Assembly (NCBI GenBank): GCA_964411375.1
Contig: CAYPKR010000001.1
Location: 168,227 to 232,226 of the forward strand
Length of the DNA stretch: 64,000 nucleotides
From: an uncultured Candidatus Saccharibacteria bacterium
GTDB taxonomy: Bacteria > Patescibacteriota > Minisyncoccia > Phycocordibacterales > UBA12088
Direction: 5' to 3'
Of the stretch, positions 49,711 through 60,254 are shown piece by piece; within the stretch, counting starts at the first letter, position 1; each line of letters opens with the position of its first letter. The notes under the pieces were generated by a model. It was not told the DNA's origin. It searched no databases and was given only the letters and a program-made list of their open reading frames with translations. A program made the position numbers and the translations under genes.

Positions 49711-50892
49711 ATGGCGATCTTTGACGCGCTGAAAAAAATGATTCCGGCGCAAGCGCTTCCGAAGGGTAGCGGAAGTGTTCTTGGTATTGATATTGGATCT
49801 GCGTCGATAAAAGTCGTGCAACTACGACGTGAACATGGTGCCGCCGTACTTGAAACGTATGGCGAGCTTGCGCTTGGTCCATATGCAGGAATCGAAACAG
49901 GCAGAGCGACTCATTTAACTCCCGAAAAACTATCCGAAGCGCTCAAAAGTATAATGACGGAAGCAAACGTTACGACTAAAGCGTGCGGCGTTTCGATTCC
50001 ATTCTCATCGAGCTTGATTTCACTTATCGACATGCCGGGTCTCGATCCGTCCCAACTGTCGAAAATGATACCGATCGAAGCACGTAAATATATTCCTGTT
50101 CCAATAACTGAAGTTCAGCTTGATTGGTTCATCCTTCCGGAAGATGAATCACATTATGTTTCTGCAGAGGAATCGGCAGAAGGAGAGGCTCGCGTGCAGG
50201 CAGGTTTGCCGCGTGCCGCAGATGCTGCGCCCGCGAATCATTCCCGCATCCTTTTGGTCGCTATTCACAATGAAGTACTCACGAGATATACCGATGTGTT
50301 GAAAAATGTGCAATTGAAGCCCAGTTTCTATGAAATTGAGATTTTTTCAACGATACGAGCGACTCTGGATCGAGGAATTGCGCCAGTTGCTATCGTGGAT
50401 ATCGGCGCCGCAGTAACCAAACTCTATATTGTTGAATACGGTATTGTGCGCATTTCCCATGTTATTAATCGTGGCGGACAAGATATTACGATTGCACTTT
50501 CAAAATCGCTTGGGATTTCAGTCGCAAAGGCGGAAGAGTTGAAACGCCAGGTGGGACTCCTCGGAGAAACTATGGAAGGGGACAATAAGCGAATTTCAGA
50601 GACCGCACTCCTTGCGATGGAATATATTTTTGCCGAAACGAAACGTGCCATTTTGAGTTATGAAAAGAAATATGCACGAAATCTCTCGAAAATAGTGCTG
50701 ACTGGCGGAGGCGCACTGCTCCAAGGTGCTCTTCCGTTTGCACAAAAACGGCTTGAAGTTGATGTTGTGCTTGGAGATCCGTTTGATAAGCTTCAAGCGC
50801 CGGCATTTTTGGAGGATGTGTTGAAGGCAGTGGGACCAGATTTTACGGTTGCAGTCGGTCTCGCGCTTCGAAAACTGCAGGAACAGGGATAA
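49711..50892 (+). CDS. pilM: Type IV pilus assembly protein PilM
   Basis: LGIDIGSASIKVV, EARKYIP, VDIGA, VLTGGGA, VAVGLALR. Confidence 0.95.
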   Translation: MAIFDALKKMIPAQALPKGSGSVLGIDIGSASIKVVQLRREHGAAVLETYGELALGPYAGIETGRATHLTPEKLSEALKSIMTEANVTTKACGVSIPFSSSLISLIDMPGLDPSQLSKMIPIEARKYIPVPITEVQLDWFILPEDESHYVSAEESAEGEARVQAGLPRAADAAPANHSRILLVAIHNEVLTRYTDVLKNVQLKPSFYEIEIFSTIRATLDRGIAPVAIVDIGAAVTKLYIVEYGIVRISHVINRGGQDITIALSKSLGISVAKAEELKRQVGLLGETMEGDNKRISETALLAMEYIFAETKRAILSYEKKYARNLSKIVLTGGGALLQGALPFAQKRLEVDVVLGDPFDKLQAPAFLEDVLKAVGPDFTVAVGLALRKLQEQG

Positions 50893-50980
50893 TCGGGAAA
50901 GTACTACTTCACTATCAACATTTTTTCTTGCACGCATTGTGCGTAGCCAGTGATATACTGGATGTGCATCATTGCCTTTT

Positions 50981-51652
50981 ATGGAGCCAAAGTTCCAGAC
51001 ATCGTTCATTCCCAAACAGTCGCTATCCGCGGCGCCCGTTGCCAATGTGCGCCGATCAAATCGCACCAGTAGAGCATTTGGTATCGGTACCGTTATCTCC
51101 ATCGTTATATTTATTGTCGCAGTATCCGCTTCGGCAATCGTATTTCTCTACCAGCAGTACCTTTCTGCTTCTATAAAGAGTAATCAAGAATCGCTCTCAA
51201 GGGCGCGTGAAGCTTTTGAACCGGCACTGATTGTGCAATTGACGAGGCTTGATTCCAGGATTAATGCTGCGGAGGAGTTGTTGGCAAAGCATATTGCGCC
51301 GTCATCACTTTTCGCGTTAATACAGTCGATTACGCTTCAGAATGTCCAATTTACGCAATATATCTACACTGCTCCGACTGAAACCAGCTTGGTGCATATA
51401 GAACTTTTTGGAAAGGCAAAATCCTTCAAAACCTTGGCGCTCCAGTCTGATTTGGTTGGCACTAACTCAAACCTCAAAAATCCGGTCATATCGGAGGTTG
51501 CTCTTTCGGGAAATGGAGATGTTAATTTTAAATTTTCTGCCGATGTCGACGCTCGAATGATTAATTATGTTGAGCAACTCCAGTCGAGCGGCGTCAACGA
51601 AACACCAAATAACAACCCAGGGGGAGCAGTTAGTACCTCAACCGCAATATGA
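50981..51652 (+). CDS. PilN-like protein
   Basis: TSFIPK N-terminal motif, one TM, follows pilM. Confidence 0.7.
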   Translation: MEPKFQTSFIPKQSLSAAPVANVRRSNRTSRAFGIGTVISIVIFIVAVSASAIVFLYQQYLSASIKSNQESLSRAREAFEPALIVQLTRLDSRINAAEELLAKHIAPSSLFALIQSITLQNVQFTQYIYTAPTETSLVHIELFGKAKSFKTLALQSDLVGTNSNLKNPVISEVALSGNGDVNFKFSADVDARMINYVEQLQSSGVNETPNNNPGGAVSTSTAI

Positions 51653-52203
51653 AGCAAGCATTCTTAGCAGCATTTTTCCTTCTCGTATCCGTCGGATTGT
51701 TTTTTGCGTATATCGATCCAACATACGGTACGGTAAAAACGATGCAGACTGAAAACGGCAAGCTCTCCGAAGCGCTTGATAAGTCACGTCAGCTCCAGGA
51801 AGTCCGCGATTCACTTCGTGCAAAGTACAATACGTTTTCACCGGATGATCTCGGAAAACTTGAAAAGTTATTGCCTGATCACATCGACAACATTCGTCTC
51901 ATCATCGATCTTGATGCGATCGCGAAACTCCATAATGTTGCAATTGAAGGATTTGCCTTTGATAGCAATGCGGGGAATATGCAAGCTGCCGGTGTACATG
52001 CCGATAGCGGAAATAGTTCAAAAGCAAATGAAGTCACATTTACTTTCAGTGTGCGTACAAACTATCTGACATTCCAAGCATTTATGAATGATTTGGAGCA
52101 GTCACTGCGCATCATCGACATCACACATCTCACCCTTGGAGCTGACGACGCCGATAAAACTAACAGGTATGATATAACCATTCGTACGTATTGGCTCAAC
52201 TAA
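51649..52203 (+). CDS. pilO: PilO-like protein
   Basis: One TM, coiled coil, LLP, Y..F..F..DLEQSLRIIDI. Confidence 0.75.
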   Translation: MKQAFLAAFFLLVSVGLFFAYIDPTYGTVKTMQTENGKLSEALDKSRQLQEVRDSLRAKYNTFSPDDLGKLEKLLPDHIDNIRLIIDLDAIAKLHNVAIEGFAFDSNAGNMQAAGVHADSGNSSKANEVTFTFSVRTNYLTFQAFMNDLEQSLRIIDITHLTLGADDADKTNRYDITIRTYWLN

Positions 52204-52204
52204 T

Positions 52205-52528
52205 ATGCAAGGAAGTTCCTCAACACGAAATATATTTCTCGGAATCCTTCTTGTCGGCGTACTTGGTGGTGGATATTATTTTTTCTCAAACAAATCCAGT
52301 TCCAATTTGAATTCCCTTGGAGCCGTTTCCGGTGCAGATGCAATCGCCGCAGGGGATGAACAGGCACTCATTGATCAACTCTTGAAACTCAAGTCCCTTC
52401 GTCTCGACGAAAAAATTTTTAGCGATCCTGCATTCACGTCCCTCAAAGACTTTAGTCAGACAATTCCTCCCGAGCCTGTCGGACGCGCCAATCCGTTTCT
52501 TCCGGTTGGTGTTGGACCATCAAGATAG
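52205..52528 (+). CDS. Pilus-associated hypothetical protein (PilP position)
   Basis: N-terminal TM, GRANPF motif. Confidence 0.7.
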   Translation: MQGSSSTRNIFLGILLVGVLGGGYYFFSNKSSSNLNSLGAVSGADAIAAGDEQALIDQLLKLKSLRLDEKIFSDPAFTSLKDFSQTIPPEPVGRANPFLPVGVGPSR

Positions 52529-52556
52529 CGTCCTTCCTTTGTAACGAATATGTACA

Positions 52557-54374
52557 ATGAATCTTCTTTCACTGCTTGCACAACGCGGACTCATTCAGGA
52601 GAAGGAAATTCCTTCGATTGAAGAAGAGGCTGCAAAGAATGAATCCCTCGTCGAAACCGTGCTCTTAAAGCGCGGCATTTCGCTTGAGAGTATTTTGGAA
52701 GCGAAGGGAAAATATTTTGATATTCCAACAAAAATCCTGGGGAATACTGATATTCCGTTCGAAGTCTTGCACTATGTTCCAGAAGAATCAGCAACACACT
52801 ATCGCTTTGTTCCAATCGGTGTCGTCGATGGCGTACTTGAAGTCGGTATTACCGATCCGGACAACATTGAAGCGTTTGATGCACTCAATTTCATCGCCCA
52901 AAAAGAAAATATTCCTTTTAAAGTCTACTTAGTTACCGATACCGATTTCGCCCGGGTACTTGCAATGTACAAAGGGACAAAGGGTGAAGTGGGACGCGCG
53001 ATTTCAGAACTTGAAACCGATATTATTCCTGGCAAAAGTGACGAAGAGGAGGATCGAGAGAATACGCATCTCTCTGCGGATGAGATCAAAGAAGAGGCGC
53101 CAATCACCAAAATCGTTGCGACTATTCTTCGCGATGCGATCGAGGGACGCGCGTCCGACATTCATATCGAGCCAACGAATGAACACGTTCGCGTTCGTTT
53201 CCGTCTCGATGGCGTACTCCACACGTCGCTCACGCTTCCGCTCAACGTCCATCGTCCGGTTGTCGCGCGCATCAAGATCTTGGGCTCGATGAAGCTTGAT
53301 GAAAAACGCAAACCACAAGATGGTCGCTTCTCCGCAAATATTGAAGGTAGAAAAGTAGATTTTCGTGTTTCTACATTTCCGTCGAGTCACGGTGAAAAAG
53401 TGGTAATGCGTATTCTCGACCATGAAAAGGGGATGGTCACACTTGATTCGCTCGGTTTCAATGAAAAACAACGCGAAATATTTAAACGGGCAATAAATCT
53501 GCCGTATGGTCTTATTCTTCTCACTGGTCCAACCGGTTCCGGAAAATCAACCACTCTCTATGCTTTGATGGGCGAGCTCGATCGCGAAAAACATAATGTC
53601 ATCTCACTTGAAGATCCGGTTGAATACGACATGGATGGTGTCTCTCAATCTCAAATCCGTCCCGAAATCGGCTACACCTTCGCGTCAGGTCTTCGCTCCA
53701 TCCTTCGACAAGACCCCGATATCATCTTGGTTGGAGAGATTCGAGATAAGGAAACTGCGCAGCTCGCTATCCAAGCGGCGCTCACTGGTCACTTGGTCTT
53801 TTCAACGATTCACACGAATACCGCAGTCGGTGTCATTCCACGCCTCATCGACATGGGCGTCGATCCATACCTCATTGCGCCTACGTTGGTACTCGCAATC
53901 GGTCAGCGACTGGTGCGCCGTATCTGTCCGGGTTCTGGAAAGAAAATACCGGTGGAAGGATCGATCAAGATGCTTATTGAAAAAGAATTTTCTACGCTTC
54001 CGGAAAAATATCGAAAAGATATTCCATGGAGCGATCATATGCTCGGTATCCAACCATCAGGCGATTGTCCGGCAGGTGTTCGTGGACGTATTGGTGTTTT
54101 TGAATTTCTCGAAATGACGGAAGATCTTGAAGAATCGATTCTTAAAGGCACGAATGAAAACGCAATCTGGGATATTGCGAGGAAGCAAGGTATGTTGACT
54201 ATGCGAGAGGATGCTATCATTAAAGCGTTTAAGGGCGACATTCCATTTGAAGAAGTGAATGCGCTCGGAGGAACACTCTTGGATGAAGATGAAGTAGGGG
54301 CTACCCCTCAGGAAGTTGCTCCCCCAGAGGAACCAGACGAGAAGGAAAAGCCAAAAGCTATCGTCAGAAACTAA
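52557..54374 (+). CDS. pilB: PilB/GspE assembly ATPase
   Basis: ASDIHIEP, PQDGRF, GPTGSGKSTTLY, LRQDPDII, AALTGHLV. Confidence 0.96.
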   Translation: MNLLSLLAQRGLIQEKEIPSIEEEAAKNESLVETVLLKRGISLESILEAKGKYFDIPTKILGNTDIPFEVLHYVPEESATHYRFVPIGVVDGVLEVGITDPDNIEAFDALNFIAQKENIPFKVYLVTDTDFARVLAMYKGTKGEVGRAISELETDIIPGKSDEEEDRENTHLSADEIKEEAPITKIVATILRDAIEGRASDIHIEPTNEHVRVRFRLDGVLHTSLTLPLNVHRPVVARIKILGSMKLDEKRKPQDGRFSANIEGRKVDFRVSTFPSSHGEKVVMRILDHEKGMVTLDSLGFNEKQREIFKRAINLPYGLILLTGPTGSGKSTTLYALMGELDREKHNVISLEDPVEYDMDGVSQSQIRPEIGYTFASGLRSILRQDPDIILVGEIRDKETAQLAIQAALTGHLVFSTIHTNTAVGVIPRLIDMGVDPYLIAPTLVLAIGQRLVRRICPGSGKKIPVEGSIKMLIEKEFSTLPEKYRKDIPWSDHMLGIQPSGDCPAGVRGRIGVFEFLEMTEDLEESILKGTNENAIWDIARKQGMLTMREDAIIKAFKGDIPFEEVNALGGTLLDEDEVGATPQEVAPPEEPDEKEKPKAIVRN

Positions 54375-54376
54375 TC

Positions 54377-54781
54377 ATGAACGAAAAAATGTCCAAACAG
54401 ATTCTGATTATTGATGATGACCAGTTTTTGGTCGACATGTACGCGCTCAAATTCAAGGAAGCAGGATTTGATGTAACCGTGTCGATGGATGGACATGAGG
54501 CGCTCGGCAAAATTCGCGAGAAAGCAATCGCGCCCGCAGTCGTTCTTATGGACATCGTCATGCCGGAATTGGATGGCTTTGCAATACTTGAGAGCATGCG
54601 AAAAGAAAATCTTTGCTCGGACGCAGTCATTATCATGCTCTCAAACCAAGGGCAGGATTCCGACAAAGAAAAAGCAGAAGCACTTGGAGTGGACGGGTAT
54701 ATCGTGAAAGCAAACTCCATTCCGTCTGAAGTACTTGCAGAAGTGACGAAAATTATTAAAGAAAAAGCAGCCGATAAATAA
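54377..54781 (+). CDS. Single-domain response regulator in the pilus operon
   Basis: ILIIDDD, MDIVMPELDG, GYIVK. Confidence 0.92.
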   Translation: MNEKMSKQILIIDDDQFLVDMYALKFKEAGFDVTVSMDGHEALGKIREKAIAPAVVLMDIVMPELDGFAILESMRKENLCSDAVIIMLSNQGQDSDKEKAEALGVDGYIVKANSIPSEVLAEVTKIIKEKAADK

Positions 54782-54782
54782 T

Positions 54783-55865
54783 ATGGTTACCGCGCACGAA
54801 AAACGTGATTATAAAAAAGATCTCGATGATCTCATCCAGACCGTGATGGGGGAGGGTGGTTCTGACCTTCATTTCTCATCCGGATATCACCCAACTATTC
54901 GAGCGCTCGGCTCTCTTATTGCACTTCAAAAGCGTGAAGTTCTAACTCCATCCGATACTGAAGGATATTTAAAGGCGCTCATAACCGACGAGCAATATAA
55001 ACGTTTTGTCTCCGATAAAGAGCTCGATTTTTCGTATAGTCATTCCAATAAGGCACGTTTTCGTGGCAACGCCTCATTTGAACGCGGCGCAATTTCAATT
55101 GCACTCCGCTATATACCAAACACGATACGCACGATTGCAGAACTCAGACTTCCACCGATCATTGAAGAATTTGCCCAGAAAGAACAAGGTTTCGTGCTTG
55201 TCGTCGGTCCAGTTGGACAGGGAAAATCAACCACGCTTGCCGCAATGATCGATTACATTAACACGGCGCGCACTGAGCGCATCGTGACGATTGAAGATCC
55301 AATCGAATATATTTTTGACCCGAAGCAGTCGGTCATCGATCAGCGCGAAGTCTTGATCGATACGAGCGATTTTCATACCGCGCTCCGCTCCGCATTCAGA
55401 CAAGACGTTAACGTCATCATGGTTGGCGAAATGCGCTCGCCAGAAACAATCTCAACCGCAGTCACTGCAGCAGAAACTGGACACCTTGTCCTCTCAACGC
55501 TTCACACCAACAATGCGGCGCAGACCATCGATCGTATCATCGACAGCTTTACGTCTTCTCAGCAAGATCAGATCCGCATACAGCTCGCGGGGAGTCTTGT
55601 CGGTATTTTCTCTCAGCGACTTATTCCAGGAATTGCTGGTGGGCTGGTACCTGCGTATGAAATTCTTCTCAACAATAAAGCGATTGCAAACCTGATCCGT
55701 GAGAAGCGCACGCATGAAATCAATACCGTTATTGAAACCGGTTCTCAAGAAGGAATGATCAGTATGAACCGATGTCTTGCTGAACTAGTTCGAAAAGGAG
55801 AAATTACTATCGAAAATGCATACCGATACTCACTTGACCCTGGAAACCTTGAACGCCTCATGTAA
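54783..55865 (+). CDS. pilT: Retraction ATPase PilT
   Basis: SDLH, GPVGQGKSTTLA, TIEDPIE, AAETGHLV, AIANLIRE. Confidence 0.95.
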   Translation: MVTAHEKRDYKKDLDDLIQTVMGEGGSDLHFSSGYHPTIRALGSLIALQKREVLTPSDTEGYLKALITDEQYKRFVSDKELDFSYSHSNKARFRGNASFERGAISIALRYIPNTIRTIAELRLPPIIEEFAQKEQGFVLVVGPVGQGKSTTLAAMIDYINTARTERIVTIEDPIEYIFDPKQSVIDQREVLIDTSDFHTALRSAFRQDVNVIMVGEMRSPETISTAVTAAETGHLVLSTLHTNNAAQTIDRIIDSFTSSQQDQIRIQLAGSLVGIFSQRLIPGIAGGLVPAYEILLNNKAIANLIREKRTHEINTVIETGSQEGMISMNRCLAELVRKGEITIENAYRYSLDPGNLERLM

Positions 55866-55874
55866 TCACTAACT

Positions 55875-57083
55875 ATGCTATTCAATTACGTTGCATTTGA
55901 TGCCTCAGGCACTGAAAAACAAGGAACGGTTGAAGCCATCAACCAGGATGTTGCGATTAGTTCGCTTCAACGCCGTGGGTTGGTTATTTCAGCCATTAGC
56001 TCTGCCGAAGGAAAAGGGAACATCCTTCAAAATATCCAGCTGTTCAATCATGTCTCGAACAAAGAAGTTGTTATTCTCTCACGTCAGATTGCAACACTCT
56101 TTGAGGCGCAAGTATCTGCGCTTCGCGTATTTAGACTTCTCGGTGGAGAAGTTGAAAATCCCACACTGCGTGATGTGTTGACCTCTGTTGCCGATGACCT
56201 TCAAGGAGGTTCGACTATTTCCGGCTCACTCCAAAAGCATCCGGACGTTTTCTCGCCGTTTTACAGCAACATGGTCAAGGCAGGTGAAGAAGCAGGAAAG
56301 CTCGATGAGACCTTTATGTTCCTTGCTGATTATATGGATCGAACCTATGAAGTGACGAGTAAGGCGCGAAATGCGCTCATTTATCCTGCATTCGTGATTC
56401 TGACTTTTGTTGCAGTTATGGTGCTTATGATGACCTTCGTCATTCCACGCCTCGGCTCAATCATTGAAGAATCTGGTCAGTCGGTGCCGCTATTTACCTC
56501 AGTCGTGCTCTCAATCAGCCACTTTTTTGTCGCATACAGTGCTTTCCTTTTTATCGGACTTGCGGTGCTCGCTGTCGCAATCTGGCGATATATATCAACG
56601 AGCGCAGGGAAGCTTGCCCTCGATCAATTGAAAATTTCAGTGCCGTATATTGGCGATTTGTTCAAAAAACTCTATCTCTCACGTATTTCGGACAACCTCT
56701 CTACTATGCTCGGAAGCGGTATTCCGATGGTTCGTGCGCTTGAAATCACCAGTACCGTTGTGGGTAATGTCATCTACGAGAATGCACTCTCCGAAATTAC
56801 GACGGCAGTTAAAAACGGTTCTGCGGTCTCTGAAGCTTTTGGCGCTCATACGGATATCATTCCCGGGCTTCTTATCCAGATGATGAAAGTGGGTGAAGAA
56901 ACGGGAGAACTCGGAAATATCCTTAATATGCTTGCCAAATTCTATCGTCGCGAAGTTACCAACGCAGTTGATACCCTTATCGGACTCATTGAACCAGCGA
57001 TGATCGTATTTCTCGGCGTTGGTGTCGGTATTCTCCTCACGTCGGTTCTTATTCCGATTTACAACATATCGGCAAACGCATAG
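55875..57083 (+). CDS. pilC: PilC/GspF platform protein
   Basis: RQIATL, AGEEAGKL, ALIYP, VGEETG, LIEP. Confidence 0.95.
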   Translation: MLFNYVAFDASGTEKQGTVEAINQDVAISSLQRRGLVISAISSAEGKGNILQNIQLFNHVSNKEVVILSRQIATLFEAQVSALRVFRLLGGEVENPTLRDVLTSVADDLQGGSTISGSLQKHPDVFSPFYSNMVKAGEEAGKLDETFMFLADYMDRTYEVTSKARNALIYPAFVILTFVAVMVLMMTFVIPRLGSIIEESGQSVPLFTSVVLSISHFFVAYSAFLFIGLAVLAVAIWRYISTSAGKLALDQLKISVPYIGDLFKKLYLSRISDNLSTMLGSGIPMVRALEITSTVVGNVIYENALSEITTAVKNGSAVSEAFGAHTDIIPGLLIQMMKVGEETGELGNILNMLAKFYRREVTNAVDTLIGLIEPAMIVFLGVGVGILLTSVLIPIYNISANA

Positions 57084-57098
57084 CTCTGGATGGCAGGG

Positions 57099-57107
57099 TT
57101 ATCCACA
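57099..57107 (+). promoter_or_regulatory. Consensus DnaA box upstream of the pilin promoter
   Basis: Perfect TTATCCACA; TATAAT at 57139-57144. Confidence 0.55.
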
Positions 57108-57224
57108 GAGACGATAGCTACCCCCTAGGGAAGACCGCTATAATAATTCCTGTACCTCTTTACTCTAAAGATGGTCGGACAAAACATTACTAGGAATTTG
57201 CTCTATTAATAATATTTTTTCATC

Positions 57225-57734
57225 ATGAAGACTACTTCAAAGCGAGGTTTCACCCTTATCGAACTCCTCGTTGTTATCGCAATCATCGGCATTCTCTCGT
57301 CGGTGGTCTTGGCGTCTCTCAACAGCGCACGTGCAAAGGCTCGTGATGCGCAGAGACTTTCCGACCTTGAACAGATGGGACGCGTTATGGCGCTTGCAAC
57401 TGGTTCATCTGGTACTGCGCTTGCGGGTTGTACTGCGGCTCGTGCAAACGTAAATACCTGTACTGGTACGATAAACGGTGTTGATATGAGCCAGATCGCA
57501 AAGTTCCAGGATCCATCAGGAACAACAGCTTGTGGCGCAACCCCAACAGCGGTTTGTCAGTACGCAATCACGAAGGCAAGTGCTCCGGCTGCGGGGGGTG
57601 CTATGACTGATGACTACCAGATTACTTCATACCTCGAAGTTGGTAGCGGTCCATTCACTTCTGCTCGTCCAGTTTGTGTTATCGGAAATGCAACAACAAC
57701 CGGTAGCATCGCATCATCAACTGACTGCCGATAA
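57225..57734 (+). CDS. Type IV pilin (probable major pilin)
   Basis: RGFTLIELLVVIAIIGIL class III signal; own promoter. Confidence 0.93.
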   Translation: MKTTSKRGFTLIELLVVIAIIGILSSVVLASLNSARAKARDAQRLSDLEQMGRVMALATGSSGTALAGCTAARANVNTCTGTINGVDMSQIAKFQDPSGTTACGATPTAVCQYAITKASAPAAGGAMTDDYQITSYLEVGSGPFTSARPVCVIGNATTTGSIASSTDCR

Positions 57735-57749
57735 TCGACCAATAATCGT

Positions 57750-58226
57750 ATGACAAAAGGGGCTCGTAGCGTAGGTCGCGGATTTACGCTCATCGAGCTC
57801 CTTATTGTTATTGTGATTATTGCAATTCTGACTTCGCTCACGATTTCTGCACTAGGCACTTCACGTTCAAAGGCGCGCGATTCAACGCGCGTTTCTGATA
57901 TTAAACGACTGCAACTCGTCTTAGAGCTCTACTACAATTCGGGGAATAATGCGTATCCAACTACACTCTCTAGTTTATCGCCAACCTACACGACCGATAT
58001 TCCAAGAGATCCAAAAACGAATGCCTCCTATGTCTATGTGCAAACCACATCTGGTACCGGATATCATCTAGGATCGACACTTGAGCTCTATAACACCGAT
58101 ATACTCCAGAACGACGCTGATGCAACCGATACCACGCCTGTGTTCAAAGGCTTTTCGACCGATTGTGGGAATACCACAGCAACGCTGAATACTGATGAGC
58201 GTTGTTACGATGTTATTTCCCAATAG
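57750..58226 (+). CDS. Type IV pilin / GspG-like
   Basis: GFTLIELL, P.DP motif. Confidence 0.92.
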   Translation: MTKGARSVGRGFTLIELLIVIVIIAILTSLTISALGTSRSKARDSTRVSDIKRLQLVLELYYNSGNNAYPTTLSSLSPTYTTDIPRDPKTNASYVYVQTTSGTGYHLGSTLELYNTDILQNDADATDTTPVFKGFSTDCGNTTATLNTDERCYDVISQ

Positions 58227-58263
58227 TGTGTCACACTAGAGTTATTCTTGCCGTGTAAATATT

Positions 58264-59106
58264 ATGGAGTTCATTGACACCTTACTTCCTCCAATTATTT
58301 TTCTTTTCGGTATCATCATCGGGAGTTTTTTAAATGTGGTTATTTTTCGAACCGAGCAGGGCAGTGGCTTTGGTGGTCGATCGCACTGTATGTCGTGCGA
58401 TGCGACACTTGCCGCCAGAGATTTAGTCCCTGTCATCTCGTATTTTTTCCTTCGAGGGAAATGTCGCAACTGTGATGCTCCAATTTCAATCCAATATCCC
58501 CTCGTCGAACTTTCAATGGGGGTGCTCTCGCTTCTTATCCTCACTCTTCACCCAAGCCTTCCACAATTTTTTCTCCTTTTCGTTATTTCGGCGTATCTCC
58601 TCCTAATCACCGTCTACGATATTCGCCATACTGAAATTCCAAACTCCTTTGTGTATGGTTTTTGTTATTTTGCGCTTCTCTATGCACTTCTTCCGATACT
58701 TACCAATCCCGATTTTTTCCTGACCGGGTTCGTTATGCCCACTGCTTTCTTTGCCGGTCCTCTCATGTTCCTCCCGTTATTCCTACTCTGGGATTTATCA
58801 GAAGGGCGAGCAATCGGACTTGCGGATGCAAAAATTGCTCTCGGTATGGGATGGCTCCTGGGAATTCAAAGTGGAAGTAGCGCCCTGATACTTTCTTTTT
58901 GGATCGGTGCAGTAATCGGTGTACTCCTACTTGTCGCGCCGCAATTTGCGGGAATTGGAAAATTATTATCCGCATGGAAAGGGAAGCGAAGGAAAAAGCA
59001 TCCTTCTTTCGATATGAAGAGTCAGATTCCCTTTGGTCCATTCCTAGTCCTCGGAACGCTCCTCGCGCTCTACACCTCTTTTAGTGTGTGGACGCTGTTC
59101 GGATAA
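58264..59106 (+). CDS. pilD: Prepilin peptidase
   Basis: GSFLNVVIFR, RSHC..C, GKCRNC, YD, GLADAK, IPFGPFL. Confidence 0.95.
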   Translation: MEFIDTLLPPIIFLFGIIIGSFLNVVIFRTEQGSGFGGRSHCMSCDATLAARDLVPVISYFFLRGKCRNCDAPISIQYPLVELSMGVLSLLILTLHPSLPQFFLLFVISAYLLLITVYDIRHTEIPNSFVYGFCYFALLYALLPILTNPDFFLTGFVMPTAFFAGPLMFLPLFLLWDLSEGRAIGLADAKIALGMGWLLGIQSGSSALILSFWIGAVIGVLLLVAPQFAGIGKLLSAWKGKRRKKHPSFDMKSQIPFGPFLVLGTLLALYTSFSVWTLFG

Positions 59107-59151
59107 TTCTTTTGCGAAGGGGATTTCCGTCGTACAATAAATGACACACGC

Positions 59152-59613
59152 ATGTACTACCAATTGCTGTACAAATCAAAGCGAGGCTTCTCATTGATTG
59201 AGTTATTGGTCGCAATAAGTATCATCGCTCTTCTTGCCGCACTTATCATTTCAGGCATAGGCAATTCTCGCACCCGCGGCAGAGACTCTAAGCGCGTATC
59301 AGACATTAAAAATATCCAGATCTCACTCGAACTCTACTACGACAGAAATCATTTCTATCCTGACAGCGCCACTGCCCAGTCGGTACAAACGGCACTCACT
59401 GGACTCGTTTCCGGCGGCTTCATGCAGTCTATCCCTGACGATCCACTCGGGGGAACAGTGCATTACATGTACATGAGTAATGGAGCAACAAAGTCGACAT
59501 CATACTGTCTTGGTGCTGATCTCGAATCAACTATCTATGCGGAAAATACTTGCGCAACATCACCAGACCTTGGCGCAACATACGAATATCGAGCGGGCCC
59601 ACAGTCGTTATAA
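59152..59613 (+). CDS. Type IV pilin / GspG-like
   Basis: GFSLIELL, IPDDP. Confidence 0.92.
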   Translation: MYYQLLYKSKRGFSLIELLVAISIIALLAALIISGIGNSRTRGRDSKRVSDIKNIQISLELYYDRNHFYPDSATAQSVQTALTGLVSGGFMQSIPDDPLGGTVHYMYMSNGATKSTSYCLGADLESTIYAENTCATSPDLGATYEYRAGPQSL

Positions 59614-59627
59614 CAATACATTAATGC

Positions 59628-60254
59628 ATGCGGGGAAAATTGTTACAGCAAAGACGTACACTTCGACCGAAGGGAACAGCAGGATTTTCTCTCATTGAAC
59701 TTTTGGTTGTCCTTTCGATTGCAGCAATACTTCTGGCATCTGTTTCACTTTTTGATACGAGGCCAAGAGGAAAGATCGCCGTTGATGCAGGCGCACAATT
59801 GCTTTCACAACAAATCCGCCAATCGATGCTCTATGGACTTTCGATCATTGGATTTGGAAATAATTTTGATGTCGGCTACGGAGTCCGCGTTGATCTGACC
59901 ACGCCAACCTTTACGCAATTTTACGTAGATTCAAACAATAACCACGTCTTTGATTCTGCGAGTGAAATCGATACTTACTATCAGAAACTCACGTTTCCGT
60001 CGGACGTACAAATTACCAAACTGTGTGTAGACAACGGAGGAGCCGCGACCTGCTATTTCCCAACTGCGAATAACAAAATGGATGTTTCGTTCTCTCGCGC
60101 TGATATACAAGGAATATTCACACTCACGCCTGTATCTGGAAGCCCATCAGTCTACTCGAATGTATCGATTTTCCTCGGGAGCATTTCCAAAACGAGTGTG
60201 GTCGAAGAAGTGCGTGTGAGTAAAAACGGCCTTGTTGATATCATTGGCATATGA
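59628..60254 (+). CDS. Minor pilin (FimT/GspH-like)
   Basis: GFSLIELLVV; first gene of the minor-pilin quartet. Confidence 0.85.
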   Translation: MRGKLLQQRRTLRPKGTAGFSLIELLVVLSIAAILLASVSLFDTRPRGKIAVDAGAQLLSQQIRQSMLYGLSIIGFGNNFDVGYGVRVDLTTPTFTQFYVDSNNNHVFDSASEIDTYYQKLTFPSDVQITKLCVDNGGAATCYFPTANNKMDVSFSRADIQGIFTLTPVSGSPSVYSNVSIFLGSISKTSVVEEVRVSKNGLVDIIGI

